A DNA stretch of 46,390 bases from assembly GCA_017694735.1 (NCBI GenBank), contig JADIMN010000040.1:1-46390 (forward strand), read 5' to 3'. Positions 20,267 through 28,468 of the stretch are shown piece by piece (positions within the stretch are counted from its first letter, which is position 1; each line of letters starts with the position of its first letter). A program made the translations under genes and the position numbers. The DNA is from Candidatus Alectryobacillus merdavium. GTDB lineage: Bacteria > Bacillota_I > Bacilli_A > RFN20 > CAG-826. The notes beneath the pieces were generated by a model. That model had not been told where the DNA came from. It ran no database searches and worked only from the letters and a program-made list of their open reading frames with translations.

Positions 20267-21415
20267 TTAGATTCTTTCTTCTGTTTCAACATTGAAGAAA
20301 TGAACTTTATTTAAATCAAATTTCATCTTAACGTTTTGATGCAAAGCAATCTTTTTATCAGCTGGGAATTTAGCAACTAAATCAGCGCCGCCAAAATCAG
20401 CATGAACATAATATTCATGTCCTAAAAGTTCAGCAACTTTAACTTCGACATCAAAAACTCCATTACCATCTTCGCCACTTGTTTGGTGAACATCTTCTGG
20501 TCTAATACCTAAATAAATTTCTTCAGGCATATTCTTTCCTTCATATGTACTTGGATTTAAAGTTAATTTATGGCCATCACTGAAAGTAATAACACCATTA
20601 TTAAATTTGACTTTAAAGAAATTCATACTTGGAGAACCAATAAATCCTGCGACAAATAAATTCTTAGGATTATTATAAATTTCAATTGGAGTACCAATTT
20701 GTTGAATTCTACCTTTTGACATAACAACAATTCTTGTAGCCATTGTCATAGCTTCTGTTTGGTCGTGAGTAACATAAATTGTTGTTGCACCAAGAGAATC
20801 GTGAAGTTTAATAATTTCAGATCTCATTTGGACTCTTAATTTAGCATCTAAGTTTGAAAGAGGCTCATCCATTAAGAAGACTTTTGCATTTCTAACAATA
20901 GCTCTACCTAATGCGACTCTTTGTCTTTGACCACCAGATAATGCTCTTGGTTTTCTATCTAAATATTCTTCAATTTGAAGAATTCTAGCTGCTTCATTAA
21001 CTCTCTTATCAATTTCGTTTTTAGGCATATGTCTAATTTTTAAACCAAACGCCATATTATCGTAAACACTATAATGAGGATAAAGAGCATAGCTTTGGAA
21101 GACCATTGCGATATCTCTATCTTTTGGAGATTTATCATTACATAATTCTCCATCAATATAAAGTTCACCATTTGTGATTTCTTCAAGACCAGCAATCATT
21201 CTAAGAGTAGTTGATTTACCACATCCAGAAGGACCAACTAAAACAATAAAATCATGTTTTTTGATTTCAAGGTTAAAATCAAAAACAGCTTGAACGTTAT
21301 TGTCATAAACCTTATCAATATGTCTTAATGAAACATATGATTTTTCAGTTTTGACTTCTGCTTTATTGCCAACAGCTGGAGTTGGCTTTACAGCATCTTT
21401 TGTAATTTTTGGCAT
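20267..21415 (-). CDS. sugar ABC transporter ATP-binding protein (MsmK/MalK-like)
   Basis: Walker A GPSGCGKST, signature LSGGQRQRVALGRA, Walker B VFLMDEPLSNLD. Start placed at ATG 21415 (AAGGAG RBS), not the extended track ORF. Confidence 0.9.
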   Translation of the reverse strand: MPKITKDAVKPTPAVGNKAEVKTEKSYVSLRHIDKVYDNNVQAVFDFNLEIKKHDFIVLVGPSGCGKSTTLRMIAGLEEITNGELYIDGELCNDKSPKDRDIAMVFQSYALYPHYSVYDNMAFGLKIRHMPKNEIDKRVNEAARILQIEEYLDRKPRALSGGQRQRVALGRAIVRNAKVFLMDEPLSNLDAKLRVQMRSEIIKLHDSLGATTIYVTHDQTEAMTMATRIVVMSKGRIQQIGTPIEIYNNPKNLFVAGFIGSPSMNFFKVKFNNGVITFSDGHKLTLNPSTYEGKNMPEEIYLGIRPEDVHQTSGEDGNGVFDVEVKVAELLGHEYYVHADFGGADLVAKFPADKKIALHQNVKMKFDLNKVHFFNVETEERI

Positions 21416-21475
21416 AATAAACTCCTTTAATAAAAATAATTTGATTATATTAAACCATAATACCGATATAATGTT

Positions 21476-21492
21476 TTGTGCACGATGCACAA
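21476..21492. promoter_or_regulatory. 7-3-7 perfect palindrome TTGTGCA-CGA-TGCACAA upstream of the ATPase gene (candidate operator)
   Basis: read directly; ~60 nt upstream of ATG 21415 and just downstream of the PucR-type regulator gene. Confidence 0.35.
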
Positions 21493-21569
21493 ATATCTTT
21501 AAAACATAAAAAAATTAAGATTTTAAATATTAATCGATTTAGAAATATTAAAATAAAATTATTATTTTT

Positions 21570-22133
21570 CTAATTTTTAAAAATTGAGTAAATGTAGAAA
21601 ATTAAAGAATTTTTGTAATTTCTTATGTCTAGTTTTGATAACTCGATAAATTTATTTAATCTATAATTAAACGTATTTCTATGCAAATATAAGGAATTTG
21701 CAGCTAATAATGCATTCAAATTACATTTTAAATAATAAGAAGCACAATCTAATAAATCCTTATCAATATTATCAAATATTTTTTCTAAAGCATTAACGAT
21801 GTCTTTATTTTTATATAAATAGGCTTTTAATATTACTTCATCTAATGAAAAAACACCTTTTTTTTTATTTAAAATTAAGCTTTCCATAGATAATTCACTT
21901 AAATTATTTAAATCAAAAGTTTCTAAAAAAACTACTGCAATTCCTAAATCATTTAATAAAATATTATAAATATTTAATAGTCTAACAGAAAAGTTTTCAT
22001 CAGCCATTATAATTCCATTATTATCATCGGAAAACTCAATATCTATATAATATGAGTAGGATTTTCTAATTATTTCATTAAAACTAGATTTATCTAGTTT
22101 TGAATATGAATGAAAATAGTAATACTTAAACAT
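21570..22133 (-). CDS. PucR/CdaR-family transcriptional regulator (short form)
   Basis: C-terminal HTH LYLHRNTFNYRLNKFIELSKLDIRN matches the PucR_C (HTH_30) signature xHRNTxxYRLxK. Confidence 0.7.
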   Translation of the reverse strand: MFKYYYFHSYSKLDKSSFNEIIRKSYSYYIDIEFSDDNNGIIMADENFSVRLLNIYNILLNDLGIAVVFLETFDLNNLSELSMESLILNKKKGVFSLDEVILKAYLYKNKDIVNALEKIFDNIDKDLLDCASYYLKCNLNALLAANSLYLHRNTFNYRLNKFIELSKLDIRNYKNSLIFYIYSIFKN

Positions 22134-22250
22134 AATTTTATTTTATCAAATTGTATCGTTTTATAAAATCACAAAAATTAAAATAAATTATATTAGAAAA
22201 GGTAAAATTAAAAATATATTAGAAATGCTGGGAATTTTAAAAATTAAACA

Positions 22251-22712
22251 TTAATTATTTGGTGCTACATAATAAGCAATATCTAAATAACTTTGAGATT
22301 TTACAATAATTAAAATTTCTGCAGGACTACCATTATAGTAAATTGATAACTCACCTCTTTCATTGCTATCGCCAATTAATATATCAAAATTAATAAAATA
22401 ATTTGTTTTAGAATTAAATAGACTTGTCTCTGGCATAGTATCATCAATCATTGTAAAATCTATAATAAGATTATCAAAATTTAAATAAATTAATCCATAT
22501 TCTTGTTCACATACTAATTGATATTCTTCTGGTTCACTTTTATAAGTATATAAAACCGAACTACTATCCTCTTTTGAAGAAAAAACTACATTGTTTGATT
22601 CAATACATTCATAATTTACGTCGTAGCATAGAATTCCAGGAGCACAAATATTTGGATATGAAGGAGCTTCCATAAAACTAGATATAATAAATAATACTAT
22701 AAAAACAATCAA
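22251..22712 (-). CDS. Cys-rich single-pass membrane protein, anti-sigma-like; real N-terminus probably lies upstream (frame open to 22883)
   Basis: The track start is a TTG inside a hydrophobic helix. The same frame is open back to 22883 and encodes a ~38-aa head plus a full TM (LFILIGAIFGALLLLTPLIVFIVLFII), but has no ATG/GTG/TTG. See the frameshift finding. Confidence 0.5.
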   Translation of the reverse strand: MIVFIVLFIISSFMEAPSYPNICAPGILCYDVNYECIESNNVVFSSKEDSSSVLYTYKSEPEEYQLVCEQEYGLIYLNFDNLIIDFTMIDDTMPETSLFNSKTNYFINFDILIGDSNERGELSIYYNGSPAEILIIVKSQSYLDIAYYVAPNN

Positions 22713-22846
22713 AGGAGTTAAAAGTAATAACGCACCAAAAATAGCTCCAATTAAAATAAATAAATTTCTTTTATTTAAAATAGATACATTTTGTAAAACC
22801 GAAAAATCAATTTTATTATAATCAACAAATTCAGAAGAGATTGATT

Positions 22847-23278
22847 TTAAAGAATATCCACTAATATCAAAAGTTTTTTTATTTTAATATATTCTGAACG
22901 TGTCAAATTTAAAATTTTTCTTATTTTTTTATCAGAAATTTCTAACTTTTTTAAAAGTACATAGTACAAATTTCTGCTTGGCTCAATATTCTCATACTCT
23001 TCAAAAACATTTTCTAAATAAAATGGAACTCTTTTCCCATTGCCAGTTGATAATGAAAATATATAATCTATTATGTCTCTTTTTTTAATATACTTATAAT
23101 TTTTTAAGAAAACATTTATATTATCAACAATTTCTTTTTCTGCTATTTTTATATCAGCGTTACAACAAAGAGAAAAGTAAATAAAATATTTTATATATTT
23201 CTTATTACTTTTTAAAAAAGCAGACTTAATAATTGAAATATTTTCATATTTTTGAAAAATGACGAAATTATTATACAT
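22847..23278 (-). CDS. divergent sigma-70/ECF-like protein
   Basis: Aligns by eye to the bona fide sigma at 5349-5888 (ADIKIAEKEIVDNINVFLKNYKYIKKRDIIDYIFSLS vs DHLVAEDLLQDTFVRFLSNSHKIKPKESILGYLMVIS) and has a region-4-like HTH (ISDKKIRKILNLTRSEYIKIKK). Start placed at ATG 23278, preceded by AAGGAG. Confidence 0.5.
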   Translation of the reverse strand: MYNNFVIFQKYENISIIKSAFLKSNKKYIKYFIYFSLCCNADIKIAEKEIVDNINVFLKNYKYIKKRDIIDYIFSLSTGNGKRVPFYLENVFEEYENIEPSRNLYYVLLKKLEISDKKIRKILNLTRSEYIKIKKLLILVDIL

Positions 23279-23289
23279 AACGGACTCCT

Positions 23290-24588
23290 TTAACATGTCA
23301 TTAATTTTCCACACGAACACCTATATCTATAGTGATTTATATAAAACTCCTTATAATAGATTCTGTGATTATCGTGATTAGTATAACTATCTATCCAAAG
23401 TTTTGAGCCATCATGATCAAAGCTTGCTTGACTAATAATAATTTGAGATGAACCTGGATACCCATAATGAACCAATAACTTGCCACTTTCATACATTCCA
23501 TAAGCAATAATTCCATGAGAAATATATTGATTTTCATTCGTATTTTCAACACTATCTAAGCTTGGATACCATCCACATAAAACAACTGGCTTGGATAAAA
23601 ATGCTTTTAGCATATTTTCTACTCCCCAAAATTTTGAGACACTTGTTTTACAATTATAACTTATATTTTTACCATTTAAAAATTCATCAACTTTATCCCC
23701 CATAGGAACAGCCCAGGTACTGCCTGCTTCAGGCCAATTATCAAAAATTATTTCATTGCTTAACCCTGGCACATCATTATTTTCTTCATTTGCCAAAATT
23801 ACATATTTATTAAATTCTACATCACTTAAAAAACCAGGTGTTAAAATGTCGTTATAAAGAATAATCATCATTGTAGCAACATAAACACAAATATTATTTA
23901 CATTGATTGGAACTTCGTTTTCACTATTTGCGTTTCTAAAATAGTCAGAATAAGGAACTTCATATTCAGCCTCTGGCGCGTCAGTAACGTCATATATTTC
24001 TAAATAAGAGTCTGTATATTGTTTTATAGGCGAAGAGAAATAAGAATTATCGTAATAATTTCTAACAGTTTCACAATTTTTGATATTCATATAATGTTTA
24101 TAATTTTTACTTAGCTTATTAGAATGTTTCGACAAATAATCAAATTCTGCATTAGTCAAAAATTGCTTATTTTTTAGATTCAAAATCTTTCCTTTTTCTT
24201 TTCTTATAAAGCCATACGTCGGAACATAATATGAATTTCTCAAATCGTTTTTTGTATAGTTAAATTCTGCGTTTGTCGACAACTCCATTATATCGCCATT
24301 CATTATATTATAAATTCCATAACCAGCCGGCTTGAATTTAGCGACTATAAAATCATTACCTTCCAAATCATTTACCAAAACCGAGAAATGTATCTTGTAT
24401 GTATCATTAGCGACATCTCTTATTTCATTTAATAATATAAAATCAATAGCATCTAATTGCTTTTCTCTAATAGATTTAACGTTTGACAAATAAACGTTTT
24501 TATCCTCTTCAGTAAAAGTTAAATTAGCGCAAAAAGTTTGCAACAAAACAGCGGATAAAGTAAAAACCCTAAAAATTGTATTTTTCAT
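23290..24588 (-). CDS. secreted streptopain-like (clan CA, C10-like) cysteine peptidase zymogen with Cys-rich C-terminal tail
   Basis: N-terminal signal-like segment; candidate nucleophile NICVYVATMMIILY and His block ISHGIIAYGMYESGKLLVHYGYPG resemble SpeB GCVATATAQIM / GHAFVIDG..FYHVNWGW; tail RCSCGKLMTC; GGAGG RBS. Confidence 0.5.
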   Translation of the reverse strand: MKNTIFRVFTLSAVLLQTFCANLTFTEEDKNVYLSNVKSIREKQLDAIDFILLNEIRDVANDTYKIHFSVLVNDLEGNDFIVAKFKPAGYGIYNIMNGDIMELSTNAEFNYTKNDLRNSYYVPTYGFIRKEKGKILNLKNKQFLTNAEFDYLSKHSNKLSKNYKHYMNIKNCETVRNYYDNSYFSSPIKQYTDSYLEIYDVTDAPEAEYEVPYSDYFRNANSENEVPINVNNICVYVATMMIILYNDILTPGFLSDVEFNKYVILANEENNDVPGLSNEIIFDNWPEAGSTWAVPMGDKVDEFLNGKNISYNCKTSVSKFWGVENMLKAFLSKPVVLCGWYPSLDSVENTNENQYISHGIIAYGMYESGKLLVHYGYPGSSQIIISQASFDHDGSKLWIDSYTNHDNHRIYYKEFYINHYRYRCSCGKLMTC

Positions 24589-26008
24589 AAATTTCCTCCA
24601 TATATTCTAAATTAACACTCCCAAACAAATGTTGATTTTTATCCTGATTAATTATTCTATAATAATACTCTTTGCATTCCTTAAAAGTTTTATCTTTATA
24701 CTTATTTACAATTTTCTTATAAATATTATCCATATAGGTATTTCTAAATTTAAGATCAATAAAATTTAGTATCTTTTCAAAGCAATAATTATTTTCACTG
24801 ATTTTTAAAAAAACATACTTTGATAACAAAACTAAATGCTTTTTAATTTTACACATACTATTATTAACTCCTAAATTAATTTCTTTTTCAACAATACACT
24901 CTCCGCCGCACAATTTAGCAAAATCACATTTGCTGCAATCGCTTTTATTTAGACCATCATAATATAAGTTTTTTAAAAAATTTTCATTAAAAAATATACC
25001 GTTTCCAATCCGATAATTAGAGTATTTTGCTAAAGGAGCACAAGGAAATATATCATAATTTTGATTTATAAAAATTCTTCCAACACCAGCATCGCATCTA
25101 TTAAATGGTAAATTGTTCTTAAAAGATAAACATAAAAACTTTCCAAAATAGTCGTCTCCGTTTAAAAGACTAAAAATCGGTCTAAAATTGCGATTTAAAG
25201 TTTCTGAAACTAAGAAAGAAGCTAATTTGTTATACTCGTATATCCATTTATCGACAGCATCGTCCGTTAATTTGTTTTCCTTTTCATATCTAACAAACTT
25301 ATAAGAAATCGTTCCAAAATAATTTAAAAATTCAATAAAATTTTTAGTCAAATCAAATACATCATTGGTTAAAGTTACTGCAGCTCCTAAAAATTCCTTA
25401 TGTTTAATTTTCTTAATATTATTTAAAATTAAATCATACGTCTTGCTACCGTCCGCATTTATCCTATTTTTATTGTGAATCTGTTTAGGCCCATCAAAGC
25501 TAACTCCAAAGATAATACCGTTTTTTTGTAAAAAATTGACAATATTTTCATCTAGTAATGACCCATTGCATACGAACGAAATATTAATTTCCTTTCTTAT
25601 TTCTTCTTGTTTTTTTTCTACGTAGTCAATTAATTTTTTTATAAAATTTATATTCAGCAGCGGCTCCCCATCACCGCTTAAATCTATGAAGAACTTTTCA
25701 GAATTTTTATATCTTTCAAAAATTGAGTTTAATATATGTTCTATTTTTTTATCATATTTAAACAAAAAATTACCTTTTTGCTTATTAAAACAATACTTGC
25801 AATTAAAATTACACATATCTGTCGATTCAATACAAATAGTTATTTTTTTGTATAAATCAAGAGAATATTCAGGAGGTGTCAAACTATTTTCATCTAAAAA
25901 AAAGAGTAGGTCTTCTATTTTTTTTGAACATTGCCCATTATCAAAATCTAAATAAAAAAATTCATCAAAAATTAAAATTTTTTTATATTCATAAATAATT
26001 TTTAACAT
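24569..26008 (-). CDS. radical SAM enzyme with C-terminal SPASM domain
   Basis: CNFNCKYC (CxxxCxxC) cluster motif; SPASM cysteines CDAGVGRIF...FPC and CSKCDFAKLCGGEC (Cx2Cx5Cx3C) plus a downstream Cys; 20-nt overlap with the downstream gene. Confidence 0.85.
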   Translation of the reverse strand: MLKIIYEYKKILIFDEFFYLDFDNGQCSKKIEDLLFFLDENSLTPPEYSLDLYKKITICIESTDMCNFNCKYCFNKQKGNFLFKYDKKIEHILNSIFERYKNSEKFFIDLSGDGEPLLNINFIKKLIDYVEKKQEEIRKEINISFVCNGSLLDENIVNFLQKNGIIFGVSFDGPKQIHNKNRINADGSKTYDLILNNIKKIKHKEFLGAAVTLTNDVFDLTKNFIEFLNYFGTISYKFVRYEKENKLTDDAVDKWIYEYNKLASFLVSETLNRNFRPIFSLLNGDDYFGKFLCLSFKNNLPFNRCDAGVGRIFINQNYDIFPCAPLAKYSNYRIGNGIFFNENFLKNLYYDGLNKSDCSKCDFAKLCGGECIVEKEINLGVNNSMCKIKKHLVLLSKYVFLKISENNYCFEKILNFIDLKFRNTYMDNIYKKIVNKYKDKTFKECKEYYYRIINQDKNQHLFGSVNLEYMEEIYEKYNF

Positions 26009-26028
26009 AAAAATCGACCTTACACAAT

Positions 26029-26058
26029 ATAATATTTATCTTAATTGTTAAATTGCAA
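26029..26058 (-). promoter_or_regulatory. putative promoter of the radical-SAM operon (-35 TTGCAA, 18-bp spacer, -10 TATTAT)
   Basis: hexamers counted directly; the -35 sits at the centre of a 20-bp perfect palindrome (26046-26065). Confidence 0.4.
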
Positions 26059-26064
26059 TTTAAC

Positions 26065-26148
26065 ATTGACACCTATAAAATATAGACACCAATCCCTAAA
26101 TAATGTAATATTAAATTAATTTTACTTCAGTCCAACTTTAATGGTTCA
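26065..26148 (+). mobile_element. solo 3'-end remnant of the IS3-family element found intact-length at 40521-42030
   Basis: ~84 bp with about 4 mismatches to the reverse complement of 40521-40604. Includes the last codons of the transposase (TPIKYRHQSLNNVI) and the terminal inverted repeat ...agtccaactttaatggttca. Confidence 0.85.
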
Positions 26149-26243
26149 CCCTAAAGGCATTATAGCCGTTTTTTTAAAATGTGATTGGAAAACGCCTTTA
26201 ATGCCATCAAACTTAGAAAGCGAACCCCTATAATGCCTAAATT

Positions 26244-28433
26244 TTATAAATTTAAGCCTTTTTTTACTTTAGATATTATTTCATCACAAAGTGAAATAAT
26301 GTAATTTGGTATATCAGTAATGCAAAAATCTTTTATTGAATATATGTATTGTGTTTCTACATGAAAAGAATTGCACATATAATCCCACATCACGTCAAAC
26401 TCGTTGTTGTCTTTTATATTTGGTAATCTAGTATTTAATTGTTCAACTAAACACCTTGTTATGCATGTTTTTGAAAAGTTAGTTGCTTTAGGACTTTCAT
26501 ACCATTCAATCGATTTTCGAAAATTAGAAATTTGCGAATATATCTCTTGATATTTGCATTTTTCACCTAGTAATTCGGATAATTCAGAATCGTATTGATG
26601 AAGTTCTATATCAGAAAAGTCCAACCCATTTTTTGAATGTTTAGGTTTGACAGTAGGATGAATAAGGCCGGACAAGTAATTATATAAATCAGCGGTCGTT
26701 CCGTCTTGTATTTCAACAATTCTACGTGCTGCAACTATTCTGCTATATATATCGTTAGCGCTATTCTTTGCGTATTCCTTATACCACAGTAAACTACTAT
26801 AGACATCATATTCGGAAAATGTTTTTTCGTTTAAAAAATGATTTACATTATAAAGATAAGAGAAAGACTTTTTATAGTTTTTAAATCTGCTATTTTTTGC
26901 AAAGGTAACAACTGTTTGAAAATCATGTGTCATTAAAAGAATCGTTTTTCCATATAATAAACTCTTTGTATTACCAAACAAGTAATTAAAAATTGCATAT
27001 CTTTTGTTATTATCAAAAGACGAAACTGGATCATCAAGAACCATTAGTGAAACGTTATCTTTGTTTTCAATAGCAAAGATAATAATAGCCAAAGCATTAG
27101 CCTCACCAAAACTTAAATAATTCAACCTATCTTCAATGATATTTGGGTCGTTTTTATATTTAAAGAATGTCTTAAAACTTTCATCACTTTCGGCGCTTAT
27201 ATTTACCCCATATGGTAAACCAGCAATTTTCAAAAAATCATTAATTATTTTCTCGTTTTTTGTTATTTTTGCTGCTAAGTTTTTAGTTAATTCACATAAA
27301 ATGCTTTTTAACGATTCAGCCATCCCAATAAGTGAATCTATCTCGGAATTTAATACTTTTACCAAATCTCCTAAAGAATCATTTTGAATCGAAACCACAC
27401 AAATAATTTTGTCGTTTAATTTTAAAGATTTAATATACTCAATTAAATTCTCAAACTTTTTATTATTGTCGAGAAAGGCATTAAAAAGTGCAATAGCACC
27501 TTGTCCCCTTATATTATTAATTTTTTCAATTTCTAACTTAATTTCATCAATAAATTTTTGTAAAGGGACGAAAATGTCCTTGTTGGCTTTACCTTTAAGT
27601 GAATTGATTTTAGATATACTTTCACTAATTAACAAATCAGAACAATATGATGCGGAATCGTTGATGTATTTTTGTTCTTTATTGTGCTGCATTACTTCCT
27701 TACTAGTTCCAAATTTCTCTATTTCCTCTACATTTTCTTTCAATGAAAAATCTTCTTTTTCAAACCTTTGACCACAAAATGGACAAATGTTTTCAACCGT
27801 CCACTTTTGGTCGTATGATTCAATCCATTTAAGCCAATTAGCCCTATATGGGCTAGACATATATTTTGACAGCTCAAAAATAGGAGATTGAGAATCAAGC
27901 AGCTTTAAATCGATTCCATTAGAAGAAAAAGCAATGAACAAACTATTTCTAGAATTGATGTCCTTCCCATTCTTTTTATATTCGATAAATTTCTTCGCTG
28001 TTAATTCGTTATATAGTTGAATTAAAGTACTAAATTCATTGCGCCATGCAATTTCACATACTTTTTTAAGAGAATCATTTATGCGTTCAACTTCTTTATC
28101 GTAAGTGTCATCTTTAATTGCAAACTGATATGTATCGTTTAATAAATCAACTCTTTTAGTAAATAATTTATCAAAATAAGCCTTATCGTAAACAACTACA
28201 TTTTGAATTTCTTCTGTAACTTCGCAAGTAGGTTCAATTTCAGGATTGTCTAAAGACGTTATTACATTTTTTAAATCTTGCTCACCATTAATTTTGTACT
28301 TGAGAGCCTTAATTATAGTTGTCTTCCCTATTCCATTGGGACCAAACTTAATATTCAGTTGATTAGCATTGACACTTATTTTTCCTTCTTTTATGCAACC
28401 AACATTTTGTAATTCAATAGAAAAATTATTCAT
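26244..28433 (-). CDS. RloC/PrrC-like ABC-type (AAA_13-like) ATPase with CxxC hook
   Basis: Walker A GPNGIGKTT; long helical insert containing CPFCGQ; signature-like LSFGE; Walker B MVLDDPVSSFD; H-loop LLMTHD; ~200-aa C-terminal domain with RRIVE...LIHP. Confidence 0.6.
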   Translation of the reverse strand: MNNFSIELQNVGCIKEGKISVNANQLNIKFGPNGIGKTTIIKALKYKINGEQDLKNVITSLDNPEIEPTCEVTEEIQNVVVYDKAYFDKLFTKRVDLLNDTYQFAIKDDTYDKEVERINDSLKKVCEIAWRNEFSTLIQLYNELTAKKFIEYKKNGKDINSRNSLFIAFSSNGIDLKLLDSQSPIFELSKYMSSPYRANWLKWIESYDQKWTVENICPFCGQRFEKEDFSLKENVEEIEKFGTSKEVMQHNKEQKYINDSASYCSDLLISESISKINSLKGKANKDIFVPLQKFIDEIKLEIEKINNIRGQGAIALFNAFLDNNKKFENLIEYIKSLKLNDKIICVVSIQNDSLGDLVKVLNSEIDSLIGMAESLKSILCELTKNLAAKITKNEKIINDFLKIAGLPYGVNISAESDESFKTFFKYKNDPNIIEDRLNYLSFGEANALAIIIFAIENKDNVSLMVLDDPVSSFDNNKRYAIFNYLFGNTKSLLYGKTILLMTHDFQTVVTFAKNSRFKNYKKSFSYLYNVNHFLNEKTFSEYDVYSSLLWYKEYAKNSANDIYSRIVAARRIVEIQDGTTADLYNYLSGLIHPTVKPKHSKNGLDFSDIELHQYDSELSELLGEKCKYQEIYSQISNFRKSIEWYESPKATNFSKTCITRCLVEQLNTRLPNIKDNNEFDVMWDYMCNSFHVETQYIYSIKDFCITDIPNYIISLCDEIISKVKKGLNL

Positions 28434-28468
28434 ATAACTTTTATCTCACAATCATAATAGATTAATTA

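Noticed and set aside
21416-21490. N-terminal extension of the MsmK-like ORF. The same issue applies to 17478-17492, 31695-31772, 42591-42659, 23279-23320 and 38728-38736.
   Set aside because: In each case an internal ATG with a proper Shine-Dalgarno gives the expected N-terminus (ATPase start, lipoprotein signal peptide and so on). The extensions use alternative starts without an RBS or overlap regulatory elements.
26160-26207. 15-aa minus-strand ORF MALKAFSNHILKKRL as a possible precursor peptide for the radical-SAM enzyme
   Set aside because: It has no Shine-Dalgarno and no Cys/Ser/Thr-rich core. It lies beyond the IS3 scar, outside the predicted promoter, and is most likely chance.
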